A DNA stretch of 41,967 bases from Bacteroidia bacterium (GCA_018058165.1 JAGPCI010000001.1:1-41967), one strand, 5' to 3'. Shown: positions 1 through 9,924, counted from the first letter of the stretch. Numbers and translations: made by a program. The notes: a model not told the origin generated them from the letters alone.

Positions 1-396
1 TTGGTAAATGCCATCACCTTTTATAATACACTCGTGCAAAATGTTTTCGTAAGGTAAAAACCTATTTCCATCTATCAATAATAAAGTAGGTTGTGTATGC
101 AGTTGTGCAATAGCCCTGTGCATGGCCATAAACGAAGATTTAAGTATGTTGTACTTATCTATTTCTACATTGCTAAGTTGTGCAACTGCAAAACATAAAG
201 CCCTATCTTCAATCTCTAAACGTAACTCGTTACGTTGTTTTTCGTTTAGTTTTTTGGAATCGTTTAAACCCTTAATTGGCTTACGATGATTTAAAACTAC
301 CGCAGCAGCAAATACTGGCCCGGCCAAACATCCGCGACCTGCCTCGTCACATCCGGCTTCTATATATGTTTTGTTGTAATATTGTTTTAAGGCCAT
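1..396 (-). CDS. rnhB: Ribonuclease HII, N-terminal 132 codons (3' end of gene lies beyond window start)
   Basis: Not in the ORF track because it runs off the edge. Reverse translation from the ATG (complement of 394..396) gives MALKQYYNKTYIEAGCDEAGRGCLAGPVFAAAVVLNHRKPIKGLNDSKKLNEKQR..., which carries the DEAGRG catalytic motif and DSKKL of RNase HII. Confidence 0.85.
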   Translation of the reverse strand, partial: MALKQYYNKTYIEAGCDEAGRGCLAGPVFAAAVVLNHRKPIKGLNDSKKLNEKQRNELRLEIEDRALCFAVAQLSNVEIDKYNILKSSFMAMHRAIAQLHTQPTLLLIDGNRFLPYENILHECIIKGDGIYQ

Positions 397-402
397 AAAT
401 AT

Positions 403-429
403 AATGCCAGTACATTTAGCACTGGCATT
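403..429 (-). terminator. Hairpin downstream of the ferritin gene (9-bp stem AATGCCAGT / ACTGGCATT, 9-nt loop)
   Basis: Inverted repeat read directly. It is followed on the minus strand by an A/T-rich tract, not a clean U-run, and lies only 7 nt from the rnhB start, so it may be partial. Confidence 0.35.
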
Positions 430-469
430 GGTTGTGTTTGCTTAAAACAAACAGCATGATTTAATTAAT

Positions 470-988
470 TTATAAAGTTGGGCTGGTAGGTGCTGCGGTA
501 GCAAGTTTTTCAAGCTCTTTATCTATATAGTATAAAGATTGTGGCCCGCCACCAATTAAATTTATTCTATCAATTAAACGGGTAAATAACATTTCTTCTT
601 CCAACTGTTCATCAACAAAAAACTTTAAAAAAGCTTCTGTTGCATAGTCGTTTTCTTTACGTGCAGTTTCTATTAATTTATAAATAGATTGGGTAACTTT
701 ATTTTCGGCTTCTAACGATTTTTGGCATGTTTCTAAAATGCTTTTAAATGCGGTAGCAGGTTTTTTTAATTCAGGCACATGTGCATGTCCACCAACTTGG
801 TTTATGTAATTAAAAAATTTCATAAAGTGTAAATTTTCTTCAGCACTTTGGTTGTGATAAAAAGCTGATGAACCTTCGTATCCATTACTATCGCACCAAG
901 ACGCAACAGATAAATAATGGTAAATGGCAGACATTTCTAATGCAAGGTGTGCATTTAATGCGGCTTCTACTTTTTTAGGTATTAACAT
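470..988 (-). CDS. ftnA: Ferritin (non-heme, Ftn-type)
   Basis: 172 aa. MLIPKKVEAALNAHLALEMSAIYHYLSVASWCD...AEENLHFMKFFNYI...FLKFFVDEQLEEE has the ferritin-like four-helix diiron pattern (E..., E..H, E, QxxEE). Confidence 0.85.
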   Translation of the reverse strand: MLIPKKVEAALNAHLALEMSAIYHYLSVASWCDSNGYEGSSAFYHNQSAEENLHFMKFFNYINQVGGHAHVPELKKPATAFKSILETCQKSLEAENKVTQSIYKLIETARKENDYATEAFLKFFVDEQLEEEMLFTRLIDRINLIGGGPQSLYYIDKELEKLATAAPTSPTL

Positions 989-1049
989 AATTGTTTTTGT
1001 TTTAAGCGTGTTGAGTTATAAAAACGTTTTAAGTTTAATAATGTTTGAT

Positions 1050-1083
1050 GGGAGTTAATATAGTAAATACTAAACTAACTCCC
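1050..1083 (-). terminator. Hairpin downstream of fhs (GGGAGTTA / TAACTCCC, extended by TTTGAT / ATCAAA)
   Basis: Inverted repeat read directly in the fhs-ftn spacer. There is no adjacent U-run, so the function is uncertain. Confidence 0.3.
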
Positions 1084-1123
1084 AAATTTAACATCAAATT
1101 TATCAATAAAAACAGTAAGTTAT

Positions 1124-2791
1124 TTAGCTTAACCCATCAATCACACCATTTTTAAAACTCATGCCATTTGCTGCTGGCACTTTTGGTAAACCCGGCATGC
1201 GCATTATATCACCGCAAACGGCTATAATAAATCCTGCCCCGGTATTTATTACCAAATCTTGCACATGTAGTGTATGTCCTGTTGGTGCGCCTATTACATC
1301 AGCATTATCAGTAAAGCTATATTGGGTTTTAGCAATACAAACTGGCAAATTATTTAGGTTGTTTTTATTAATACGGGCAAGTACAGTTTTACATTTGCTG
1401 CTAAATTCTACCTTATCTGCACGGTAAATTTTGGTTGCTACTTTTTCAATTTTGGTTTCTATACTATCCGTTAAGTCGTACGTGAAAATTATCGGTTTTG
1501 AAGGATTGTTTTCAACTGTTTCAACAATTTTTTGTGCTAATTCTATCGCACCTTCGCCACCTTTTACAAAAGCCTCGTTTACAGCAAAAGCACATCCATT
1601 CAACTCGCTCCAATTGCGTACATAATCAATTTCTTCCTGTGCATCAAAATGAAATTTATTTAAAGATACCACTATGCTTTGCCCAAAACCTTGTAAGTTT
1701 TCTACGTGGCGTTTCATGTTAGGTATACCTGCAATTTAGCCATCCATGTTAGGTTTTTTGGTGTCATCAATTGCCAAACCACCATGCATTTTTAGGGCTT
1801 GCGTAGTTACCACAAGAACAGTTGCTTTTGGTTGTAAGTTGGCCATACGGCATTTAATATCCAAAAACTTTTCAGCACCTAAATCACTTCCAAAACCCGA
1901 TTCGGTTACAACATATTGTGCTGTGCTTAATGCCATTTTTGTAGCAATTACACTGTTACATCCATGTGCAATATTTGCAAAAGGCCCGCCATGAATAAAT
2001 GCAGGCGTGTTTTCAGTTGTTTGCACTAAGTTTGGTTTAATAGCATCTTTAAGTAATATAGTTATGGCACCACCTACACCTAAATCTCTAACTGTAAAAG
2101 GACTATTATCAATTTTATACCCTAAAATAATACGTTCAATACGTTCTTGTAAATCATCAAAGTTTTCGCTTAAACACAATGCAGCCATAATTTCACTAGC
2201 AGGTGTAATATCAAACCCAGTTTCTTGCGGCACTCCATTGGTGCGGCCGCCCATGCCTGTATTTACATGGCGTAAACTTCTATCATTAACATCAAGCACA
2301 CGTTTCCATGTAATTTGTTTTAAGGCTTTATCACTATTTAAATTATTGTATTGATAATTATCTAACAAGGCCGCAAGTGTATTATTTGCACTTGTTATTG
2401 CATGAAAATCGCCCGTAAAATGTAGGTTTATATTTTCCATTGGCAACACTTGTGCGTATCCACCACCGGCAGCTCCACCTTTCATTCCAAATACCGGTCC
2501 TAATGAGGGTTCACGTAATGCGGCTATACATAGTTTGCCTATTTTATTTAAGCCTAAACTTGCGCTTACGGTAGTTACCGTTTTGCCTACACCAGCTTTG
2601 GTTGGCGATATTGCCGTAACTAAAATCAAGTTATTTTTATCAATATTTGATTGGTTTAATTCGTTTAACTCTACCTTAGCAATTGTTTTACCATAGGGAA
2701 TAATATTATCTGGATTAATTCCTAAATCATCGGCAATTTGGTAAATTGGTTTTAAGATAGTTTCTCTCGAAATTTCAATGTCAGATTTCAT
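1124..2791 (-). pseudogene. fhs: Formate-tetrahydrofolate ligase interrupted by a single in-frame TAA (complement of 1736..1738)
   Basis: ORFs 1736..2791 (351 aa) and 1124..1717 (197 aa) share one frame. Joined they read ...[38 protein letters not shown]..., about 555 codons, which is the normal FTHFS length. Hallmark motifs are present: [11 protein letters not shown]-loop, [42 protein letters not shown]. Confidence 0.75.
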
Positions 2792-2809
2792 ATTGTTTTT
2801 TTTATTGGT

Positions 2810-3940
2810 TTATTTTATTTTTAATACTTGCGCTATATTATCCCAAAGTTTTTGTGCCGAAACATCCCAACTAAAGTCTTGTTTTCGTTTGGCACTAGCA
2901 AGTTTTTTTTGATGATAAAAGTTATCATTCTCAGCAAGTTTAATCATTGCTTCCGAAACTTCAACTACATTATTTGGCGAAACAAGTATACCAGCATCCG
3001 CAGCCACCTCTGGCATTGATGTTACGTTTGATGTTATTACAGGCACATCGCAAGCCATTGCCTCAATTATTGGTAATCCAAATCCTTCAAAAAACGGAAT
3101 GTATACCATTGCATGAGCGGCTGCAGTAATGTTATATAAATCGTGTTCGCTTACACGGCCTATAAAAATTACATCATTTTGGTATTGCATGTTTATAAAA
3201 GTGCTTTCAATACCTTTATTATGCCAAGCTTTCCTACCTACAATAACTAGCTTGTAATTGTTTTGGGTTGATGTTTTAAATTGATCAAATGCTTGTAATA
3301 ATGTTTCGATATTTTTACGCGGATGCATAGCGCCTACATAACAAAAATAATCACAGCCGTTTGAAAACTGATGCTGAATTTGTTTTTTTTGTTCACCACT
3401 AACTGGCACAAAACCATTGCTAGGAGCATTGTATACCACATCTATTTTATTTGGGTTGATATTAAATTGGGTAACAATATCTTGCTTTGTATAGTTTGAT
3501 ACAGCAATTATTCGTGCTGCTTTTTTAGCGTATTTAGGAAAAAAATAATTGTAATATAAATACTCTAATTTGTTAATGCCTTGTTTAAAATGTATAAATG
3601 CCAAATCGTGTATTACCGCTATTTGAGGTACATTGGTACGTAAGCTTAAATATCCATCGGTACTTAAAAAGATATCGGCCTTGTGTTTTTTTAATGCGCT
3701 TGTTACGGCATAATTAAAAAACCAAAAATACAAAAACGGATGCCTTGCCTGCGGAAACAAAACCACTGGAATTACATTATCAGCAAAAATAAATTCTTTG
3801 CTGTAAGGCCTATCAAATAAAAATATAAACTCGTGCTCAGGATGATTACGTGTTATCCGTTGTAAGGTTTCGGCAGTAAACCTACCAATACCTTCAAGTT
3901 TGTTTTCAAGTAAAAATCGAGCATTAACTGCTATACGCAT
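2810..3940 (-). CDS. Glycosyltransferase family 4 (GT-B, GT1-type)
   Basis: MRIAVNARFLLENKLEGIGRF... with a C-terminal EGFGLPIIEAMACDVPVITSNVTSMPEV (EX7E-type motif). The ORF-track start at 3988 is a TTG. The ATG at 3940 gives the typical MRIA N-terminus. Confidence 0.8.
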   Translation of the reverse strand: MRIAVNARFLLENKLEGIGRFTAETLQRITRNHPEHEFIFLFDRPYSKEFIFADNVIPVVLFPQARHPFLYFWFFNYAVTSALKKHKADIFLSTDGYLSLRTNVPQIAVIHDLAFIHFKQGINKLEYLYYNYFFPKYAKKAARIIAVSNYTKQDIVTQFNINPNKIDVVYNAPSNGFVPVSGEQKKQIQHQFSNGCDYFCYVGAMHPRKNIETLLQAFDQFKTSTQNNYKLVIVGRKAWHNKGIESTFINMQYQNDVIFIGRVSEHDLYNITAAAHAMVYIPFFEGFGLPIIEAMACDVPVITSNVTSMPEVAADAGILVSPNNVVEVSEAMIKLAENDNFYHQKKLASAKRKQDFSWDVSAQKLWDNIAQVLKIK

Positions 3941-4019
3941 AAAATTATTATGGTTAAATGTTATTGGTATAACTATTATTGTACACAAATAAACAATTTA
4001 TATCTACAGGCCCAACGCC

Positions 4020-5456
4020 ATGTCAAAAAAAATTTTAACAAATTTATTTTTGCTACTTGCTATTAATTTGGTGATTAAGCCATTTTGGATTCTGGGTATT
4101 GATAGAACCGTTCAAAATACAGTAGGAAATCATGATTACGGCAGCTACATGATTATGTTCAATATTTCGCTGCTTTTTACCATGTTTTTAGATTTCGGTA
4201 TAAATAATTACACCAGTACTTTTATTGCCAAACACAAACATTTACTCAATAAAAAGTTTGCTACTTTATTTCCTTTAAAATTAATTTTTTCGGCAGCTTA
4301 CTTTGTAATTACACTAAGTTTTGGCCTTGTATTTGGGTACACCGGAAAGCCTTTTGTATTGCTACTAATACTCGCATTTAACCAAGTGTTGGCATATTTT
4401 ATTTTATTTTTTAGAGCAAATATTAGCGGATTGCAAATGTTTAGAACCGATGCATTTTTATCTGTTACAGATAGGGGAATGATGATAGTTTTTGCTGGCT
4501 TATTGATGCTTACTTTTACTGGCAATTTTAAAATAGAATATTTTATTGTAGCACAAACACTTGGTTATTTATCGTCTTTTGCCATTTCATTTTGGGTATT
4601 AAAAAAGCCTTTGCAAAGTATAAAGTTAAATTTTAATAAATTATTGATGTGGAGCATGATTCGCCAATCTTGGCCTTATGCACTGTTAGCTTTATTAATG
4701 ACAGTTTATATGCGAGCGGATATTCTTATCATGAAAAAAATATTGCCCGATGGGGTTGAACAAACAGGCGTTTATGCTGTGGCTACACGTTTATTAGAAG
4801 CTGCAAATATGATGGCTGTTTTGGTTGCTACCATGTTATTGCCGCTTTTTTCAAATATGATTAAAGCCAAACAAGATTTAAGCAGTTTGATAAAAATGAG
4901 TATGTTATTGTTAATCATTCCATCGGTTGGTGTTGCAGCTTTGGCTTGGTTTTATAATACCGAAATAATGTTGTTGTTAAGCAAAACAAGCCCAATTGAG
5001 TCGGCTGCTGTATTTAAATATGTAATGATTAGTTTTATAGCTATGTGTACAATGTACATTTTTGGTACATTGTTAACGGCTAACGGAAATTTAAAATTGC
5101 TAAACACTTTAGCTGCTATAGCTTTGTTAATAAATATAGTGATTAATATTTTACTTCAACCCAAGCTTGGTGCACAAGGTGCAGCTATTGCGGCTGTTTG
5201 TACACATGGTTTTATTGCAGTAACCAATATGTTTTTTGCCAATAAAAAATTGGGTATTAAGCTAAGTATTGGTTACTTATTAAGGCTTCTATCTGTTTTA
5301 TTAGTTACTATTTTTATGGTTGGGTTATTACATGTAGAAGGATTTAATTTTTTACTAGCAGCTTTATTAGCAGCCGTGGCCAGTGTAATATTGTTGTTTG
5401 TTACACGTTTGTTTAATATTCAACAATTTAAACAACTCTTGCAAAATCGCTTATAA
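4020..5456 (+). CDS. Polysaccharide/oligosaccharide flippase (Wzx-like, MOP superfamily)
   Basis: 478 aa, very hydrophobic with about 12-14 predicted TM segments. Length and context match Wzx-type polysaccharide biosynthesis proteins. Confidence 0.7.
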   Translation: MSKKILTNLFLLLAINLVIKPFWILGIDRTVQNTVGNHDYGSYMIMFNISLLFTMFLDFGINNYTSTFIAKHKHLLNKKFATLFPLKLIFSAAYFVITLSFGLVFGYTGKPFVLLLILAFNQVLAYFILFFRANISGLQMFRTDAFLSVTDRGMMIVFAGLLMLTFTGNFKIEYFIVAQTLGYLSSFAISFWVLKKPLQSIKLNFNKLLMWSMIRQSWPYALLALLMTVYMRADILIMKKILPDGVEQTGVYAVATRLLEAANMMAVLVATMLLPLFSNMIKAKQDLSSLIKMSMLLLIIPSVGVAALAWFYNTEIMLLLSKTSPIESAAVFKYVMISFIAMCTMYIFGTLLTANGNLKLLNTLAAIALLINIVINILLQPKLGAQGAAIAAVCTHGFIAVTNMFFANKKLGIKLSIGYLLRLLSVLLVTIFMVGLLHVEGFNFLLAALLAAVASVILLFVTRLFNIQQFKQLLQNRL

Positions 5457-5464
5457 ACGGTAAT

Positions 5465-5493
5465 TTGCGCCCTCTTAAATTTTTATATTTTTG
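5465..5493 (+). promoter_or_regulatory. Bacteroidota-type promoter candidate (-33 TTG 5465..5467, -7 TATTTTTG 5486..5493)
   Basis: Exact match to TAnnTTTG with a TTG 18 nt upstream. It overlaps the TTG start offered by the ORF track, which favours the ATG at 5509. Confidence 0.4.
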
Positions 5494-5508
5494 TTCAAAA
5501 TAGTTAAC

Positions 5509-6513
5509 ATGCAAAATTCGCCACAAGCATACCAGTTTAATTTTATCGAGCTAATTAAGTTTCTTTTAAAATGGAAAAAACACCTGGCTATCATCACAAT
5601 ATCAGCAACTTTAGTTACTTATTTGGTAACCTTTTTACTTAAGCCAGAGTATAAATCAAAAGCAATTTTTTACCCTGGCACTGTAAATTCTATTTCATAT
5701 GCATTGTTTTATAGCCTTAAAGAAAGAGCACAAGATGCCTTGGCTTATGGCGATGAGCAAAATGTGGAGCAATACATGCAATTGGCAAAATCTAGTTTAT
5801 TGCGCGAAAAAATTACTAAAGACTTTAACCTGATGGAGCATTATGACATTGACGCTAACGACCCTAAAAAATACTCGAAATTAGATAAGCGTTTTGATAA
5901 AAATGTAAACATAAGTCGTACTTCATACAATTCGGTTGAGGTGGTAGTATTAGATACCGATCCAGAGAAATCGGCAGCAATTGCCAACGCTATAATGTAT
6001 AATACCGATTCATTAAAAAAACTAAGCCAGCATATTATTGCCCAACAAGCTTATGCCATTATCGAATTAGAGTACAAATCAAAAATTGCCATTATCGATT
6101 CATTAAGCGAAATGACAAGAACTTTAGGCAACAATGGAATATATAATATAGAAGAGCAATCTCGTGGTTTGGCCGAATTAATTGGCAAAGGAACTAACAA
6201 TGCATTTACCGATAAAGAAAGAAAAAATTTAGGGCAACATGTTGGCGAATTTGTTTCTATTGATGAGCAAATTAGGTTTGAAGCAGAGCAACTTACCGAA
6301 CTTCGAAAAAAACTTAACCAAGCAAAACTCGATTTAGATAGCAAGCTGAGCAATATTTTTGTGGTTGATATAGCAAAGCCAAATTTCGATAAGGCCTATC
6401 CATTACGTTTAGTTTTTGCTATACTTAGTGGTTTTGCCGCTTTTGTTTTAAGTTGCATTGTTATAGTTGCTATAGAGCGTTATCAAAATATTAAAAGCGC
6501 TTTACACCAATAG
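5509..6513 (+). CDS. Wzz-like polysaccharide chain-length determinant family protein (no kinase domain)
   Basis: N-terminal TM segment followed by KPEYKSKAIFYPG (Wzz N-terminal PxY-type motif), a long coiled-coil-like middle and a C-terminal TM segment (LVFAILSGFAAFVLSCIVIVAI). Confidence 0.6.
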   Translation: MQNSPQAYQFNFIELIKFLLKWKKHLAIITISATLVTYLVTFLLKPEYKSKAIFYPGTVNSISYALFYSLKERAQDALAYGDEQNVEQYMQLAKSSLLREKITKDFNLMEHYDIDANDPKKYSKLDKRFDKNVNISRTSYNSVEVVVLDTDPEKSAAIANAIMYNTDSLKKLSQHIIAQQAYAIIELEYKSKIAIIDSLSEMTRTLGNNGIYNIEEQSRGLAELIGKGTNNAFTDKERKNLGQHVGEFVSIDEQIRFEAEQLTELRKKLNQAKLDLDSKLSNIFVVDIAKPNFDKAYPLRLVFAILSGFAAFVLSCIVIVAIERYQNIKSALHQ

Positions 6514-6518
6514 CAGCT

Positions 6519-7967
6519 TTGACCGAACAGTTAAAAATAAAGTGGTTTTATACACTGGGCGTAATATTTGTTTTACTCTCGGCCTACGGTATTTATGCCG
6601 ATGATTACACCTTTCATTTATTACCACTAATTTTAATTTTTGCCTACCTAGTTTTATTTAAACTCGATACCGTTTTATTGTTATTGGTTTTTATAGTGCC
6701 ACTATCAATAGAGTTTGATGATATTGGTATGGGATTAGGCATTAGCCTGCCCGATGAGCCAATTGTAATGATTGTAATGCTGCTTTCTATAATCCGTTTT
6801 ATTGTAGATGGTTCTTATGATTTAAAGGTATTTAAACACCCCATTTCTATTTGGATTTTAATAAATATTACTTGGTATATTGTTACCATTTTTAGTAGCG
6901 AGATGCCTTTAGTTAGTATAAAATTTGTGCTTTCAAGGGTATGGTTTGTGGTTACCTATTATTTTTTAGGTGTAATGTTATTTCGTAAACTTAGTAATGT
7001 ATATAAGTATTTGTGGTTATACGCAATATCACTTGCAGTTGTTGTAATTTATTCATTGTATATGCATCGGTTATCAGGTTTTACGCAAGAGTCTTCTTAT
7101 TATATTAGTATGCCTTTTTATCGTGCACATGGCATTTATTCTGCGGCTATTTCCTTTTTTATTCCATTGTTTTTTGCCTATTTATTTTACAGTTATAAAC
7201 TAAAAAATAATCCAATTAAAATAGCATTTGTGGCAACCATACTAGCCCTTTTTTTAACTGGTGTTTTTTATTCATATACCCGTGCTGCATGGCTAAGTAT
7301 TGTGGTGGCCCTGGCAATGATTTTTCCGTTATCTTTTCGAATAAAGTTGCGCACACAATTATTAATTTTAGCAAGTGGTTTGATATTGTTTATCAGTTTT
7401 CAGGATCAAATTTTATATGCGTTATCAAAAAATAAACAAGATTCTGGAGAGGGTTTTAATAAGCACTTACAATCGGCATCAAACATAAAAACAGATGCAT
7501 CAAACATTGAACGGATTAACCGTTGGATGTCGGCAATAAATATGTGGAAAGAAAGGCCTATCATGGGTTTTGGCCCTGGTACTTATGTGTTTTGTTATGC
7601 GCCATATCAAGAGGCACGGTACCGCACTTTAATAAGTACAAATTTTGGTAATCAAGGTAACTCTCACAGCGAATTTTTAAACCCATTATCCGAAACCGGA
7701 ATAATAGGTATGGGTAGTTTAATTATGATAATTTTTTATGGATTAAATACGGCCTTTAATCTTTTTTATCAAACCAAATCAACACGTTTAAAAGTAATTT
7801 TAATTGGTGTTTCGCTTGGTTTGGTAAGTTATTATACCCATGGTTTTTTAAATCATTATAGCGAAACCACCGAAATGGCCCCGTTACTTTGGGGTAGTTT
7901 TGCTATAATAGTTGCAATTGATTTGTACCATAAACAACAAGTTGATGAAATCACCCCTAATATTTAA
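6519..7967 (+). CDS. O-antigen ligase / Wzy_C-domain membrane protein
   Basis: 482 aa polytopic protein with YSYTRAAWLSIVVALAM, a large loop, then GFGPGTY and NSHSEFLNPLSETGIIG. This matches the pattern I associate with the WaaL/Wzy_C family. Only a TTG start is available. Confidence 0.65.
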   Translation: MTEQLKIKWFYTLGVIFVLLSAYGIYADDYTFHLLPLILIFAYLVLFKLDTVLLLLVFIVPLSIEFDDIGMGLGISLPDEPIVMIVMLLSIIRFIVDGSYDLKVFKHPISIWILINITWYIVTIFSSEMPLVSIKFVLSRVWFVVTYYFLGVMLFRKLSNVYKYLWLYAISLAVVVIYSLYMHRLSGFTQESSYYISMPFYRAHGIYSAAISFFIPLFFAYLFYSYKLKNNPIKIAFVATILALFLTGVFYSYTRAAWLSIVVALAMIFPLSFRIKLRTQLLILASGLILFISFQDQILYALSKNKQDSGEGFNKHLQSASNIKTDASNIERINRWMSAINMWKERPIMGFGPGTYVFCYAPYQEARYRTLISTNFGNQGNSHSEFLNPLSETGIIGMGSLIMIIFYGLNTAFNLFYQTKSTRLKVILIGVSLGLVSYYTHGFLNHYSETTEMAPLLWGSFAIIVAIDLYHKQQVDEITPNI

Positions 7968-9190
7968 GCGTGAGCAGCTATTAACAAATCTAAATCTTTA
8001 GGATAAATATTTAAACGTTGGCCAATATGTTTGTTGGTTAAATTGCCTTTGTAGATATAAATGCCGCTTCTTGCCGCCTGATTAGCCCATAAATAATCCG
8101 TTACCGAGCCCGATTCTGCCAAATCTAACAATAGTGGGGTTAAAATATTACTTAATGCATAACTTGCTGTACGACTAACACGTGAGTTAATATTAGGTAC
8201 ACAGTAATGTATAATGTCATGCTTTATAAATGTTGGTTTATCATGGCTAGTTACTTCACTTGTTTCAAAGCACCCTCCTTGGTCAATACATATATCAACT
8301 ATTACCGACATTGATTTCATTTTTGTAACCATTTCTTCAGTAACTACATTTAGACTTCTCCCTTCAGCACTCCATAAACAGCCAATCGCCACATCAGCAT
8401 TTTCTAATGCCTTTTGTAGTATTTTAGGATGAATAATAGAAGTAAAAATTTTAACTCCAAGGTTATTTTGTAACCTCCGTAGTTTTTCCAGAGAGTTGTC
8501 AAATACTTTCACCGTGGCCCCTTTTCCAAGTGCTGTTCTTGCTGCATATTCACCAACAGTGCCAGCGCCTATAATTACAATTTCGGTTGGCGGTATGCCA
8601 GTAACTCCACCTAACATTTCACCCTTTCCCCCTCTGTTGCTGCATAGTAGTTCAGATGCTACGGCTATTGATGATAAGCCAGAAATTTCACTCATACTTC
8701 TAACAATTGGGTGAATACCATCTTCAGATTTTAAATACTCAAAAGCGATGGCTGTAATTTTTTTGCTCATTAAACTTCTAATGTATTTATCACTTCGGCT
8801 GTTTAATTGTATTGCCGATATAAGTAATTGCTGGGGCTGAAGTAAGGCTATTTCTTGTTCAGTAGGTGGTTCTACTTTAATAATCACATTCGATTTATAA
8901 ACCTCCTCTGGATTATAACATATTTGCGCACCTGCTTCACTAAAATCGCGGTCGCTAAAGTGGGCATGTTTTCCTGCACCTGCCTCAACACAAACCCTAT
9001 TGCCATTAGTAACAAGTAAGTTTACAGACGAAGGAGTTAAAGGAACCCTATGCTCTTGTAGAGTAGTTTCTTTAGGTACACCAATATATAAGCCATTTGG
9101 GGATTTTTTAACTTCTAAAAGTGCTTCTTTTGGTTGTAAACTTGCTGCTTTAGCCAACTCACTAAAACTTGCTTTACTTAACTCATCCAT
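7964..9190 (-). CDS. ald: Alanine dehydrogenase family (AlaDH/PNT) protein
   Basis: GVPKETTLQEHRVPLTP..., VIIGAGTVGEYAARTALGKGATVKVFD (Rossmann GxGxxG). 408 aa with an N-terminal extension of about 35 aa. Confidence 0.75.
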   Translation of the reverse strand: MDELSKASFSELAKAASLQPKEALLEVKKSPNGLYIGVPKETTLQEHRVPLTPSSVNLLVTNGNRVCVEAGAGKHAHFSDRDFSEAGAQICYNPEEVYKSNVIIKVEPPTEQEIALLQPQQLLISAIQLNSRSDKYIRSLMSKKITAIAFEYLKSEDGIHPIVRSMSEISGLSSIAVASELLCSNRGGKGEMLGGVTGIPPTEIVIIGAGTVGEYAARTALGKGATVKVFDNSLEKLRRLQNNLGVKIFTSIIHPKILQKALENADVAIGCLWSAEGRSLNVVTEEMVTKMKSMSVIVDICIDQGGCFETSEVTSHDKPTFIKHDIIHYCVPNINSRVSRTASYALSNILTPLLLDLAESGSVTDYLWANQAARSGIYIYKGNLTNKHIGQRLNIYPKDLDLLIAAHA

Positions 9191-9340
9191 GCTTGTTTGT
9201 GTTTTTTCAAAAATAAGTAAGTATTACATAAAAAAATACATATTTACACATTATTATAAGTAATAAATCGCTTTTTTTATAATTAACTAGCTTGTATTTT
9301 GTTGTTTATCAAATGATATTGTGATAAAATAGTATAAATG

Positions 9341-9372
9341 TTGCTATTAAATAATTGCTTTAGCTATATTTG
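9341..9372 (+). promoter_or_regulatory. Promoter candidate for yceD-rpmF-plsX-fabH (-33 TTG 9341..9343, -7 TATATTTG 9365..9372)
   Basis: Exact TAnnTTTG 14 nt before the ATG, followed by the GC-rich CAGGCTG. Confidence 0.45.
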
Positions 9373-9386
9373 CAGGCTGTATTTAA

Positions 9387-9902
9387 ATGGGAGCAAAAGC
9401 AAAAGATTATTTTATTGAGTTTAACAAACTTGCAATAGGTTCAAATTTTTTTGAATTTGTGTTAGATAATGCTTTTTTTGCAAGCGTTGAAGGTGGTGAA
9501 TTTAGTAATGCAAACGCAGTTGTAAAGTTAGCGCTTATCAAAAGCGAAAACATGTATGATTTGCAGTTTAATCTTACTGGAGTTGTAGGTACAACCTGCG
9601 ATAATTGCTTAAACGAAATTAGCATACCATTAAAAAATGAGTTTCATCTGTTGATGAAAATTAGTGAAAACGAAGATTATGGAGATGATGAGATTATTTA
9701 TATAACCAAGAAAATTCTTGAGTATGACTTAACTCAATATCTTTATGAATCGTTTGTATTAAGCATACCTACACGTAAGGTTTGCGAAATGACCAACAAA
9801 AAATGCAATCAAGAATTGGCAACTAAAATTAACAATTTTGAAAGCGAAGATTATGGTGATGGCAGCAACCCAATGTGGGATAAACTAAAAGGAATATTTT
9901 AA
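9387..9902 (+). CDS. yceD: YceD/DUF177 family protein
   Basis: 171 aa, TCDNCL...IPTRKVCE Cys pairs, and the conserved position immediately upstream of rpmF-plsX. Confidence 0.8.
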   Translation: MGAKAKDYFIEFNKLAIGSNFFEFVLDNAFFASVEGGEFSNANAVVKLALIKSENMYDLQFNLTGVVGTTCDNCLNEISIPLKNEFHLLMKISENEDYGDDEIIYITKKILEYDLTQYLYESFVLSIPTRKVCEMTNKKCNQELATKINNFESEDYGDGSNPMWDKLKGIF

Positions 9903-9924
9903 CAAAAAACTATAACATACAATT

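Noticed and set aside
1736-1738. Reassigned genetic code (TAA as a sense codon) as an explanation for the fhs in-frame stop.
   Set aside because: TAA is the genuine terminator of many well-delimited conserved genes in this window (for example rpsL, rplB, rpsH, rpmJ), with protein lengths matching expectation. Reassignment is therefore not supported.
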